The position numbers and the translations under genes are program-made. Positions 50,143 through 59,839 of a stretch of 64,000 nucleotides of DNA are shown here, piece after piece. The first letter of the stretch is position 1. Each line of letters begins with the position of its first letter. Under the pieces are notes generated by a model. That model was not told the DNA's origin and did not search any database. It was given only the letters and a program-made list of their open reading frames with translations. Location of the stretch: NCBI GenBank assembly GCA_038861545.1, contig JAWCCZ010000001.1, positions 288,001 through 352,000 of the forward strand, written 5' to 3'. Source of the stretch: Thermofilaceae archaeon (GTDB lineage Archaea > Thermoproteota > Thermoprotei > Thermofilales > Thermofilaceae).

Positions 50143-51492
50143 CTACTTATAATGCACTTTCATTTCGGCATGGTAAGGCAGGTCAAGTATCTTCTTCACC
50201 AGCTCCTCCGCCTGCTCTTGGGAACGTGTCCAAGGGTCCATCATAACGAGCTCTACCAGCTTGCTACGATCTCCGGCCTCGTAAGCTTCTAGCTCCGTTT
50301 CCACTGGAGCTACACGGTCCCTTAACGCATAAGCCAAAACCCTTTTCGGTAAAGAGCCAGCTTGAATTCCATGGATTCCTCTGCCATCTACAAGGGCGGG
50401 AACTTCTACCTCGAAGTTCGAAGGTATCGTAGATACGAGGTTTCCCTTATTCATAATATTTACCTGGAAAACCCGCGGTACATCACATGCAATGGATTCG
50501 ATGAGCTGAACCACATCTTCATTCGATCTCTCGTGCCCGAATTTCTCAAAAACCGAAGACGACGGCTTTCTAGCGAATGCGATTAAGTCATCTACTCTAG
50601 CCTTTAACCAAGAGAAGTATCCCTCCCACCAGCTTCTAGGGTCTTCTCTCCATCTACTCTCTGTCTCATCATCCACGTGGTACCACCAGGGCCAAGCTCC
50701 TCCTCCTGGGGTGCAGGTATCCCCTAGCGGGAAGGCGCCGAACCTCTTATACAAGTCAACAGCTTTTGGCCCGGCTAAGTCGCTTGGCGGGCACGTCCTC
50801 CAGTACTCATCAGCTCCCCTCTCAATCCACGTATCGAGGATCGGGAAAGCGTTCTCGTCACCGTAACGAAACTCTACGAGCCAGATAAAGTGGTTGAGAC
50901 CGGGTGCGGAAAAACCGATTTTTTCTTTCTCCAAGTGAAGAATGCCAGCGAGATGGTAGACAGCTCTGTAGCCATGGCACAAGCCCACGATCCTCGCTTC
51001 GGGGTACTTCCTCCCCAGGTACGTTATGCCTGCGAGAACAGGGTTAGAGAGTTGAACATACCACGCGTCAGGGCATATGTCGAGAATATCCTCCATTATA
51101 GACTCGAATAGTTTAAACTGGTAGAAGTTGATCCAGAAAGCCTCGTCATGCATTATGTGAAAGCTACCACCGAATCTGTAACCCAGGCTCAAAGCTATGC
51201 TCCATCCCTCTCTGAGTCGATCGTGGCCGGCGGCTAGAGCTGTATTAATAACAAAGTCAGCATCTTCCAGCGCCTTCTTTCGATCGGTTGTTTTTTCGAT
51301 TATTAGCTTTGCATCGGTCTCCTTTGCAAACAGATTCAGCAACGAGTATACCGCGTTAAGGCGCTCCACGTTGACGTCCATCAAAGTCAGCGTAGCACCG
51401 TAAAGGTTTGGCGTTAAGACAAGGTCTTTAATCAAGTTTAGTGAAAAGACCGCGCTCCCCGCTCCTATGACGCTTATTTTAAAACTGATCAC
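50143..51492 (-). CDS. GH4 NAD-dependent alpha-glycosidase
   Basis: IGAGSAVF, SNP, GLCHG, GLNHFIW, VEVP. Confidence 0.9.
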   Translation of the reverse strand: MISFKISVIGAGSAVFSLNLIKDLVLTPNLYGATLTLMDVNVERLNAVYSLLNLFAKETDAKLIIEKTTDRKKALEDADFVINTALAAGHDRLREGWSIALSLGYRFGGSFHIMHDEAFWINFYQFKLFESIMEDILDICPDAWYVQLSNPVLAGITYLGRKYPEARIVGLCHGYRAVYHLAGILHLEKEKIGFSAPGLNHFIWLVEFRYGDENAFPILDTWIERGADEYWRTCPPSDLAGPKAVDLYKRFGAFPLGDTCTPGGGAWPWWYHVDDETESRWREDPRSWWEGYFSWLKARVDDLIAFARKPSSSVFEKFGHERSNEDVVQLIESIACDVPRVFQVNIMNKGNLVSTIPSNFEVEVPALVDGRGIHGIQAGSLPKRVLAYALRDRVAPVETELEAYEAGDRSKLVELVMMDPWTRSQEQAEELVKKILDLPYHAEMKVHYK

Positions 51493-51542
51493 GCCTGCTA
51501 GGCCTCGGGAAGTAGATAAACCTGGTTGCCGGAAAACCTTAA

Positions 51543-52625
51543 TTGGTGTTGCTTGATACGCTCCGCTGTATGCGACTATTACTCACGCTATCGTTCGCTA
51601 CATCCTTGCTTCAGGCCTTAACCATGCCCACGCTAGCTCTTTATGCATACTCGCTTGGTTTCAGTGAAGCTGAGGTCGGAGCTATTGCTGGAGTTTCTTC
51701 ACTAGTGTACGTTGCGGCTACGTTTTCTGCAGCCCCTCTGGTTCGCAAGCTTAGCACGCGGGGAGCGGTCACTGTAGCTCTGCTTTCCCTTTGCATTGGT
51801 TATCTATCGCATCCAATGTCGAGAAATTTCCTTAACCTTTTAGCGGCAGCTAGTGTAGTTTTTGCCGGTTTTGGGCTTTTATGGCCCAGCATAGAAGTCG
51901 CTGTGGCTGCAAGCGGTGGGAACGCGTCTAACTTCTCATTTTCGTGGAGTAGCGGTAGCTTAGTTGGGACAGCGTTAGTCTCACCTTTCGCCGAGCTTGG
52001 AGCTCTGAGGTTATACGTAATCTACGCCGTTCTCTCTTCATCCCTTTTATTAGGAGTGAAGCGTTTTCCCCTAGGGGAAGGCAAATATGGCTACGGCGCC
52101 TCAAAGCCTGCATTGGAGCTCTTGGGCGCATGGCTGCTATGTGTAAGCTACGCCTCCTCCTCTGCAGGTTTCTTAACCTTCTACCCGGTGCTGGTGGAGA
52201 GGAACGGGCTTCCTCGAAGCAATATCTCGCTGATACTCTTTTCTATGATCGCGGCTAGAACTGCGGGCTTTTACTTTTACGAGCGTTTCCCATCGATAGT
52301 TAAGTCTGCACATGCAAGCATGCCGCTTCTGTTAACACCCTTAGCTGTACCCTTATCCGATAGCTCACTATTCCACGTTGTTGTAGCAGTTCTCGCCGGT
52401 GTTGGGCAGAGTCTCGTGTACTCCTCAGCTCTTACAACGATTTTCAAGGCAGGTGGGGTAGCTTCTCACACCGCCGCTTTCGAAGCTTCAATAGGGTTAG
52501 GCTACGTTGTAGGTCCAATCGTGGGAGGCGTCAGTGGAGTGGCAGGGCTGGAGCCTATACCGGCCACGGCGTTGCTGGCTTCCGTACTAGCTGTAGCAGC
52601 TGGCTTGAGGGAGACGGCGAAATAA
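51543..52625 (+). CDS. MFS transporter
   Basis: About 12 TM segments; FEASIGLGYVVGP..GG. Confidence 0.75.
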   Translation: MVLLDTLRCMRLLLTLSFATSLLQALTMPTLALYAYSLGFSEAEVGAIAGVSSLVYVAATFSAAPLVRKLSTRGAVTVALLSLCIGYLSHPMSRNFLNLLAAASVVFAGFGLLWPSIEVAVAASGGNASNFSFSWSSGSLVGTALVSPFAELGALRLYVIYAVLSSSLLLGVKRFPLGEGKYGYGASKPALELLGAWLLCVSYASSSAGFLTFYPVLVERNGLPRSNISLILFSMIAARTAGFYFYERFPSIVKSAHASMPLLLTPLAVPLSDSSLFHVVVAVLAGVGQSLVYSSALTTIFKAGGVASHTAAFEASIGLGYVVGPIVGGVSGVAGLEPIPATALLASVLAVAAGLRETAK

Positions 52626-52651
52626 TTCGAGAAAACAAGCATACATCGATC

Positions 52652-53158
52652 CTACCTCTTCCACTGCTTCATGAGCCCGATAATAAAAAGCACTAAAGCG
52701 GCGAGCAGTGAATACTCGACTTGAATGTAGGACCGTAAGGTAAAGTAAAGCATGCCAGCCCCCAACAAAGCGAAACCCAGAGCCAGGAGTTTCTCCATTA
52801 ACGTGTGAACCACAGTTGTGAAAGCTGCGCTAGTGAGCACGAGGACTTCCCAGTTGCTTGAAATAAATCCTAACTCAAGGGCAAGGTCGGATAACCATAA
52901 TCCAGCGAGTAGTGCTGCCACTAGCTTAAATGCAGAGAACCCCGTAGCAAAACCCGCAGCGAAACCCAGCAGGAAGAGGCCCAGCGAACCTATAGAAGCT
53001 TTCACTAGAGAGCCACTGTGGATGGCCAGCGCGTACCCCAAAGCTAGCCCAAAGGTTATAGATGCAGTGATTCTAGCGAATTTCGCGCCCCATAAAGCTA
53101 TGATGATACCCGCCATACCTAGGAATATTGATCCAATGAATCCTAGCTCGAAATTCAT
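52652..53158 (-). CDS. Hypothetical multi-pass membrane protein (DUF4203-like)
   Basis: Highly hydrophobic with Gly-rich TM helices. Confidence 0.55.
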   Translation of the reverse strand: MNFELGFIGSIFLGMAGIIIALWGAKFARITASITFGLALGYALAIHSGSLVKASIGSLGLFLLGFAAGFATGFSAFKLVAALLAGLWLSDLALELGFISSNWEVLVLTSAAFTTVVHTLMEKLLALGFALLGAGMLYFTLRSYIQVEYSLLAALVLFIIGLMKQWKR

Positions 53159-53250
53159 GCTACTGCAGCTCTTTAAGGGTTATAAAAAACGTGTTTAGCG
53201 TCCTATGAACGAGCCTCCTAAACCTTTAAATCTTAAGGTGAATTTCCCCT

Positions 53251-53478
53251 ATGCCTGGCTCTGAAAGGTTTTTTATAGAACGCAGGGACCCACAGGGTTT
53301 TTACATAGTAATCGCTAAAAAGGAGGCACTAGATACCCTAGCAGAGTTCGAAGGAGTGATAGTCGAGGAAATTGGAGATGCTGTAGCTTTGAAAACAAAG
53401 TCGCGTAGAACAGCCTTCAAACTCAGCATTTTCCTTTCCTCTAAAGGGCTTTTAGTTAAGTCCTCGAGGTCGAAGTAA
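53251..53478 (+). CDS. Small hypothetical protein
   Basis: ATG ORF with a TATA element and GGTGA upstream; plausible composition. Confidence 0.55.
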   Translation: MPGSERFFIERRDPQGFYIVIAKKEALDTLAEFEGVIVEEIGDAVALKTKSRRTAFKLSIFLSSKGLLVKSSRSK

Positions 53479-53548
53479 AGCTTTTGAATAAGGTACACAC
53501 GCTGTGTGAATACTTTATATATTGTGGATAAGAGCTGTAGGAGGACAT

Positions 53549-54970
53549 ATGGTGAAATTTGAAATCTTAACACGGGATGAAATTGATCTAATTCATGAAT
53601 CAACCGTGAATGTTTTAGAGCGGGTTGGAGTCAAGGTTTTCGAGCCCGGTGCGCTAAAGCTGCTGGGGGAAGCTGGCGCAGAAGTTAACCAGAAGGAGAT
53701 GAAGGCTAAGATTCCAGAAGAGTTGCTTAAGGAATGCTTGAAGAAAGCGCCTAGGAGGTTTTCACTGTACAGTAGGAAAAGTGGCTATAAACTGGATCTA
53801 GAGGATGGGCGTACGTATTTTTCGACTCAGGGAACAGCGGTTTTCATTATCGATGCAATAACTGGAGAAAGGCGCCCTTCTACCTTGAAGGACGTGGAAA
53901 AATTTTACAAACTCGCTGATGCTTTACCAAACGTACATCACGCTACGCTAGTCGTACACCCAACTGATATACCGGAGCACGTTGCTCACGCGTACGCTCT
54001 CAGCATTGCTTTCAGAAATACAACGAAGACCGTAGACGCGTACGTAAGCGATAAACGAACAGCACTGGATACAGTGAAAATAGCTTCAGTAGTTTCTGGC
54101 GACAAAGAGAAACTGAGCAGGGAGCCTCTACTGCTGATGTTCTACAACCCGGTAAGCCCACTTCAGCATTCTAAAGGGTTGCTGGAAGCGCTGCAGGTTT
54201 TCGCTCAGTACCGTCAGCCCGTGATCATTGCACCCGAATGCCTATCGGGGGCCACCGCTCCGGTTACACTGGCTGGGCTATTAGTTCAGCAGAACGCCGA
54301 GGTCTTAAGCGGTATCGTCATCGCTGAGCTTTATCGTCCAGGAGCACCAGTACTCTACGGAACTGTTTCGACGGTTATGGACATGAGAACGGGCAATATC
54401 GCTCTTGGTGCTATTGAAGGTGGGCTGATTAACACGGCTACAGCTCAGCTAGCGAGGTTTTACGGTATCCCCTGCAGGGGCTACGGGGGTACTACTGAAG
54501 CTAAAGCGGCGAATATTCAAGCTGGTTTTGAAAAAGCTTTTACGCTCCTTATGGCTGCGATGTCGGGCGTAAACTTCATTTACGACGCTGTAGGCTCTCT
54601 AGATTCAACGCTGGCAGCCAGCTACGAGCAAGCGGTCATCGACGACGAGCTATGCGGTATCGTATCCAGAGCTTTGAACGGCATCAGCGTCGATGAGGAG
54701 ACACTAGCTGTTGAAGTAATCGAGAAAGTTGGTTCCGAGGGAAATTACCTGCGCGAATTGCATACCGTGCAGAATCTGCGTAAAGAGCATTACATCCCCG
54801 CTTTACTGTTCAGGCAGAAATGGGGGGCTTGGGCTGCTTCAAAGGACATCTTAAATCAAGCTAGAGAGAAAGCCGAGAGAATTCTCCGGGAGCATCAACC
54901 CGAATCCCTTGACCGGGACGTTGAAGCGGAGCTTATGTCAACTGTGAAAGAGATCGTAAAAACCGCGTAG
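53549..54970 (+). CDS. Trimethylamine methyltransferase (MttB) superfamily protein, non-pyrrolysine
   Basis: IHES...LE.VG, RRPST..D, SPLQH, GATAPVTLAG, NAEVL.G, PGAPV.YG, DMRTG, EAK...QAG.E. No in-frame amber codon. AGGAGG precedes ATG 53549. Confidence 0.9.
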   Translation: MVKFEILTRDEIDLIHESTVNVLERVGVKVFEPGALKLLGEAGAEVNQKEMKAKIPEELLKECLKKAPRRFSLYSRKSGYKLDLEDGRTYFSTQGTAVFIIDAITGERRPSTLKDVEKFYKLADALPNVHHATLVVHPTDIPEHVAHAYALSIAFRNTTKTVDAYVSDKRTALDTVKIASVVSGDKEKLSREPLLLMFYNPVSPLQHSKGLLEALQVFAQYRQPVIIAPECLSGATAPVTLAGLLVQQNAEVLSGIVIAELYRPGAPVLYGTVSTVMDMRTGNIALGAIEGGLINTATAQLARFYGIPCRGYGGTTEAKAANIQAGFEKAFTLLMAAMSGVNFIYDAVGSLDSTLAASYEQAVIDDELCGIVSRALNGISVDEETLAVEVIEKVGSEGNYLRELHTVQNLRKEHYIPALLFRQKWGAWAASKDILNQAREKAERILREHQPESLDRDVEAELMSTVKEIVKTA

Positions 54971-55122
54971 GGTGGTTTTCATAACCGGTACAGGCTTACT
55001 CAGAGTTTATACCTCTGAAAGTTTATTTATATAATAGCTTACTCGGATAAAAATTTTTAATTAAAAGTCTCGGTTCAGTGAAAAAAGTATATAAGCGGGG
55101 AGGGGTATTACCCCTGTGACAG

Positions 55123-56760
55123 GTGGGTATAAAAAACTCGGATGAGGACTCGCATACCGTAGCTAGAAGCGGCGTTTTCCTGAGAGAAGCTACAGGCCTT
55201 GTGAGAGAGGCTAACTGGGCTGATATCCTGATCTTCGCCTCTCTGAACATCAGTTGGGGGTTAAGCGCGTGGTGGTACTTCCTATGGGGTCCCTACTTTG
55301 CTCCCGGAGGCAACCTTCATCTAGGCATTTTGCTTGTGCTTGTCCCGATGCTTTTCGGAGCGCTCGCTTGGGCTTTCCTAGTAACGATAGCTCCAAGAAG
55401 CGGAGGAGAGTACGTATTCGTCAGCAGGATCTTGCATCCGCTTTTAGGTTTCCTCTCCAGCTTTGGGTGGATTATAGCCAACTTCGTGTGGATTGCCGTG
55501 CTTTCGGCGTACGTAGCTGACCCAGCTCTTTCCATCACTTTTTCACTAGTCGGCTGGAGCGGGGCAGCGGAGTTTGTTTCCTCGCAGGTTGGAATATTTG
55601 TTGTCGGCGCGGCGGTCATAGCAGTATCCGCGATCGTAGCTATACTCGGCTTCAAAGCGTTCCGCGTTTTTCAAGCGGTTTGCTTTACGCTGGGTTTAAC
55701 TATGTTTGCCCTAGTTTGGTTCTTTCTGCTAACTGCAACGCGAGAGAACTTTATAGTGGCTTGGAACAGCATAAGCTCTCTATACGGCTCTGCCGACTAC
55801 CACACTATTGTAGCTGAGTCCCTGAACTACATAAGAAGCACGTACGGGATCGAGACGGAATACTCATGGGACCTGGCTAAAGCTATGCCCCTTATGCCGG
55901 TTGCAGCATGGGGCCTTATCTACCCCTATCTCGCCGCATACATTGCAGGCGAGACTCGGGATGTCCAGAAAAGCATGACCCTAGGCTTACCCGGAGGCCT
56001 AGTGCTCTGCGCGCTATCGTGGTGGATAACTGGCGCACTCCTGGAAAGGGTCGTGGGTTACGAGTTTCTGCTTGCAACGGCCTATGCCTACGGGGATGGC
56101 TTAGAGCTCTACACGCTGCCGTTTCCGCCCTCCTTCCATACTTTCGCTGGGATCCTAGCCCCTACCTGGGCTCGATGGCTTATAGGAATCGGTTTCGTAG
56201 CATGGACGTTCTATTACGCGCTCTACTCGATCATGCCGATGAGCAGGATTTTCCTCGTATGGGCTTTCGATAGGCTTGCACCCGAATTCCTTGGCGATGT
56301 CAGCGATCGTTTTCATGCACCAGTAAAGTCCATAATGCTTGTTTCAATACTGGGTTTCGCCGCCCTAGCCTTCTACGCCTGGAATCCTACGTACCTGGCT
56401 AGTTTCACAGCTATGATACCTCAAATCTCCACTACGTTCATGTTTACCGCAATTTCAGCTATAGTGGTGCCTTTCAGAGCTAGGATGAAACCTGTTTACG
56501 AAGGCGCCCCCGTTTCAAAATATAAAATAGGCCGTTTACCCTTTATCACGGTGTGCGGAGTAATTTACGCTGCGCTACTCGCTGCTCTGCTTTACTACTA
56601 CTTCACGATAGAGGGTCTAGGCGCGCTTCACATACCATCGATAATGGCGCTTCTAACCGCTTACCTTGTCGGAATAATATACTTTTACGCCGTAAAGTGG
56701 TATAGGAGAAGACAGGGCATCGATATAGATGTAGCATTTAGGGAGCTCCCGCCCGAGTAA
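55123..56760 (+). CDS. APC-superfamily amino acid/amine permease
   Basis: FLREATGLVRE, PRSGGEYVFVSR, YIAGE, SR....WAFDRL.P, C-terminal FRELPPE. Confidence 0.9.
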   Translation: MGIKNSDEDSHTVARSGVFLREATGLVREANWADILIFASLNISWGLSAWWYFLWGPYFAPGGNLHLGILLVLVPMLFGALAWAFLVTIAPRSGGEYVFVSRILHPLLGFLSSFGWIIANFVWIAVLSAYVADPALSITFSLVGWSGAAEFVSSQVGIFVVGAAVIAVSAIVAILGFKAFRVFQAVCFTLGLTMFALVWFFLLTATRENFIVAWNSISSLYGSADYHTIVAESLNYIRSTYGIETEYSWDLAKAMPLMPVAAWGLIYPYLAAYIAGETRDVQKSMTLGLPGGLVLCALSWWITGALLERVVGYEFLLATAYAYGDGLELYTLPFPPSFHTFAGILAPTWARWLIGIGFVAWTFYYALYSIMPMSRIFLVWAFDRLAPEFLGDVSDRFHAPVKSIMLVSILGFAALAFYAWNPTYLASFTAMIPQISTTFMFTAISAIVVPFRARMKPVYEGAPVSKYKIGRLPFITVCGVIYAALLAALLYYYFTIEGLGALHIPSIMALLTAYLVGIIYFYAVKWYRRRQGIDIDVAFRELPPE

Positions 56761-56774
56761 GCCGAGTAAGGTGG

Positions 56775-57728
56775 GTTAAAACGCGGATACGAATTTTTTA
56801 CGCTTCAGATATTCACGGAAGCGAGGTATGCTTTAGGAAATTCATAAACGCGGCCAAAGCGTATAAAGTCGATGTTTTAATCTTAGGTGGTGACATAACA
56901 GGTAAAGTCTTAGTCCCTATAATTGAAAAAGGCGGCAAATACTTTGCCGAGCTCGGAGGAAAGAAGTGGGAAGCGGCAAGCCAGGCCGAGCTGAATACGC
57001 TGATTAGGTCTATCAGAGACAGTGGTTTTTATACTGTAGTTTTAACTGAGGATGAATTCTTGAAGATTAAAGATAATCCCCAGCTAGTGGACAACCTCTT
57101 TAACGAAATAATGGTTAAAACTGTATCCAGCTGGATTAAATTAGCCGATGAGCGGCTCGATGGAAGCAACATAGAATGCTATTTGATGCCAGGTAACGAC
57201 GACAGAGTAACAATAGACGACGCCTTTAAATGTTCCGCCAGGGTAGTAAATCCTGATTGTAAGGTATTGGAAATTAAGGGAGGGTTGAAGCTGGTAAGCC
57301 TTGGCTTATCGAATCCAACGCCATGGCGGACTTCGAGAGAGTACCCCGAGGAAGTGATTTACGAAAAGCTTAACAGGCTTATAAGGTCCGCCGAGGACCC
57401 TGATATTACTCTGTTAAACGTTCATGTTCCACCCTACGGAACACCCATAGATTTAGCCCCTCTACTCGACCACACGCTACGGCCCGTAACTAGAGGCGGG
57501 CAGGCAGAGATGGTGCACGTCGGCAGCATCTCGGTAAGAAAAATCATCGAAGAATTCCAGCCGCTTACTAGCTTACATGGACATATCCACGAATCGCGAG
57601 GGGTTATAAGAATTGGTAAAACCCAATGCTTTAATCCTGGCAGCGACTATAGCTCGGGTGCCCTAAGAGGGGTTTTACTAGAAGTTGAGCGTGGGAAAGT
57701 AAAAAATTATATGTTCACGTATGGGTGA
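56775..57728 (+). CDS. Icc-related calcineurin-like metallophosphoesterase (no canonical start codon)
   Basis: The frame is open upstream of the ORF-track start at 57060: RIFYASDIHGSE, GGDITGK, then PGNDD, HVPP, HGHIHE and NPGS. No ATG/GTG/TTG occurs in frame before motif I. Confidence 0.85.
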   Translation, partial: VKTRIRIFYASDIHGSEVCFRKFINAAKAYKVDVLILGGDITGKVLVPIIEKGGKYFAELGGKKWEAASQAELNTLIRSIRDSGFYTVVLTEDEFLKIKDNPQLVDNLFNEIMVKTVSSWIKLADERLDGSNIECYLMPGNDDRVTIDDAFKCSARVVNPDCKVLEIKGGLKLVSLGLSNPTPWRTSREYPEEVIYEKLNRLIRSAEDPDITLLNVHVPPYGTPIDLAPLLDHTLRPVTRGGQAEMVHVGSISVRKIIEEFQPLTSLHGHIHESRGVIRIGKTQCFNPGSDYSSGALRGVLLEVERGKVKNYMFTYG

Positions 57729-58792
57729 CGAGGTTGGATAAAGTAAAGCTCTACGAAGGGAGGGATGGAACACCTTATGAAGTAGCTCTTCCGCTTACGT
57801 CGACGCTAGATTTATCCATAGCTGTCAGCGACCTGGGCTTACCCGGCTACATAGACTTAGCCAATCCAGCTGTGCGAAGGGCTATTGCAGCACTATGGGC
57901 TGCGCAACGAGCTCCGGTTTTAGACCTTAAAATCGGTGATAAACAGCCGAAGAAGGCGCTTAGTCCTCTCCTTTTTGGAGGTGTAGCTGTAAAGCTGCAC
58001 TGCCCTTCGGCTAACAAGCCTAACCACCCGCTGAACAGGTGCGTAAAAGACATAGATTTCGCTGTACCTAAGTCTCAAGGAGCATTATTCGCAAAGCTTT
58101 TAACCAGCTTAAGCGGAGCTTTCGGATCCTACTACACGTTTTTTATAACGCCGAGCGATAAAATGTTTAACGCATTGAGAGGCGGAAGAAGGTATCGAGT
58201 TAGATCCATCTACGAAACCCTCGAAAACGGAATAGGCATTAACATAATCGACGTTTTCTGCGATGAATTACCCTTCAGGCATACGATTAAGCTTAGAAAA
58301 GACTTATTCGAACTATCTAGGGCTAACGTATACACGATTGGTCTCGAAAGCCTTCTACTTTCTAAATGTCAGTTCATCTTCGGCTTACCGCACGAAAGGA
58401 TAACTGAGCTAGAGGTAGCCGGTCAAAGCTTCAGGTTGCTGCCCTACAAGCACTTAAGGGGGTTAGTAGCCGTAGGCATGGAACTGAAGGATGTAAAAGA
58501 CGTGGCGGCACTACTGCTAGACCACGAGATAGGGGAAGGGCCTGATCAGATAAACCTAAAAGCGGTAAAGCGGGTCTTGGAGAAAGATAAGGGTTTCGCA
58601 CTCACCGTAGAGTTAAACCTCAGGAACCTAGTAGATAGGATAGATATTCTAGTCCATGAAGGGCTCAGTAAATCTGAAGTCGGTAAAATCACCGATACGG
58701 CTAACGAACTATTGAAAACGCTACCCACAATCGATAAGCAATGGGATAAACCTTGGTGGAACCTTTATGTTGAGACACCTAAGGTAACGTAG
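57725..58792 (+). CDS. Uncharacterised Pol-beta-superfamily nucleotidyltransferase-like protein
   Basis: LFGGVAV...KDIDF, IDVF, LLLSK.Q, KD..D...LL.DH; overlaps the phosphoesterase stop codon (GTGA). Confidence 0.68.
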   Translation: MTRLDKVKLYEGRDGTPYEVALPLTSTLDLSIAVSDLGLPGYIDLANPAVRRAIAALWAAQRAPVLDLKIGDKQPKKALSPLLFGGVAVKLHCPSANKPNHPLNRCVKDIDFAVPKSQGALFAKLLTSLSGAFGSYYTFFITPSDKMFNALRGGRRYRVRSIYETLENGIGINIIDVFCDELPFRHTIKLRKDLFELSRANVYTIGLESLLLSKCQFIFGLPHERITELEVAGQSFRLLPYKHLRGLVAVGMELKDVKDVAALLLDHEIGEGPDQINLKAVKRVLEKDKGFALTVELNLRNLVDRIDILVHEGLSKSEVGKITDTANELLKTLPTIDKQWDKPWWNLYVETPKVT

Positions 58793-58928
58793 CCACTTGA
58801 AATTAAGAAAATATTCTTTAGGTTATTATTAAATGCTTAATCAGTATCTTCGGCTATAGGGTGAAGCTCCATGCTTGTGACTGCTGGATAAATTGACTCA
58901 GCATCACTGGGTGCAACTCCACAGCCAG

Positions 58929-59360
58929 TTAGGCTTGCGGCTCTATATATATTCTCTCAAGGCAACCATCGCTATAGGGTCTTATGTGGTTATAGTCTCT
59001 TTCAAACACAAGCCTACCATCAATCCGTTTGAGCACATACCTGCACACGTTTTCGGATACGAGTCTGCACACGTACCTCGTATCCATCTTGAGGGCTTGC
59101 GTAAGCCGTAGTATTGGGCACGGGTTCCGCGAAATAGTAATAAGCTCTGAGTCGTTAAGCTTGATAATCTCAACGTATTCAGGTTTCAGCACTAGGAAGT
59201 CTATGTAGAAGAGTTTGTAAAGGTCACGCAGAGATTCAATCTTCCTCGGCTTCAAAAGCCACAGAAACCCGTATAGGTAGAACACAGCTAAACCGATCAG
59301 TAGCGGAATATGTTTTACTAACCATGAGAACCTTGCTCCAAACTCTGAGACACCGCACAC
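58929..59360 (-). CDS. Hypothetical protein with a conserved-looking CP...C motif (ATC-hydrolase/V4R-like)
   Basis: NPCPIL...VCR...VC...CLE; one hydrophobic segment. Confidence 0.5.
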   Translation of the reverse strand: MCGVSEFGARFSWLVKHIPLLIGLAVFYLYGFLWLLKPRKIESLRDLYKLFYIDFLVLKPEYVEIIKLNDSELITISRNPCPILRLTQALKMDTRYVCRLVSENVCRYVLKRIDGRLVFERDYNHIRPYSDGCLERIYIEPQA

Positions 59361-59839
59361 ATAATACCCAAACTGAGAAGCTTTAATGCATTATGTAGCA
59401 ACCAAGAGCGAAGCGCACGCTCACGCAGTCACAGGACATGAGTACAAAACAATACGAATTCTTTGCTGAACTCTCTTATCAGCTTTAATCTCATAATGAT
59501 GAGACTGACCCTTGTAACTCATTTTACTTAAACCTAGAAAGCTAGCCCATAAGTTCTATTCATCAATTGAAAGGGGAATGACAGTTATTTCATCCCAGTT
59601 TCCTTAACATGTAGGCTTTTCAAGTAAAAGATATTTATCCCAAGAAACTAATATTTATTCCTTCTAAGTTTGCGAACTAGTTTCTCAGGCTGAAATCAGA
59701 TTCACTAAAACTCATTAGTCAATTGAAACCATAGGAGCCGTGCCGAAGAAGATCGCCACTATGGCAACCGTGTAGATCCGCTTAGCTTAGACGGGCTTGA
59801 ACCAAAAAGTTTAAACAGTGCGCAATTATTACTATAATA

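Noticed and set aside
53549-54970. Pyrrolysine-containing MttB or amber recoding
   Set aside because: The gene has no in-frame TAG and there are no pyl genes in the window.
59479-59508. ATGATGA-GA-CTGA hairpin resembling C and D boxes
   Set aside because: There is no room for guides; probably a chance hairpin.
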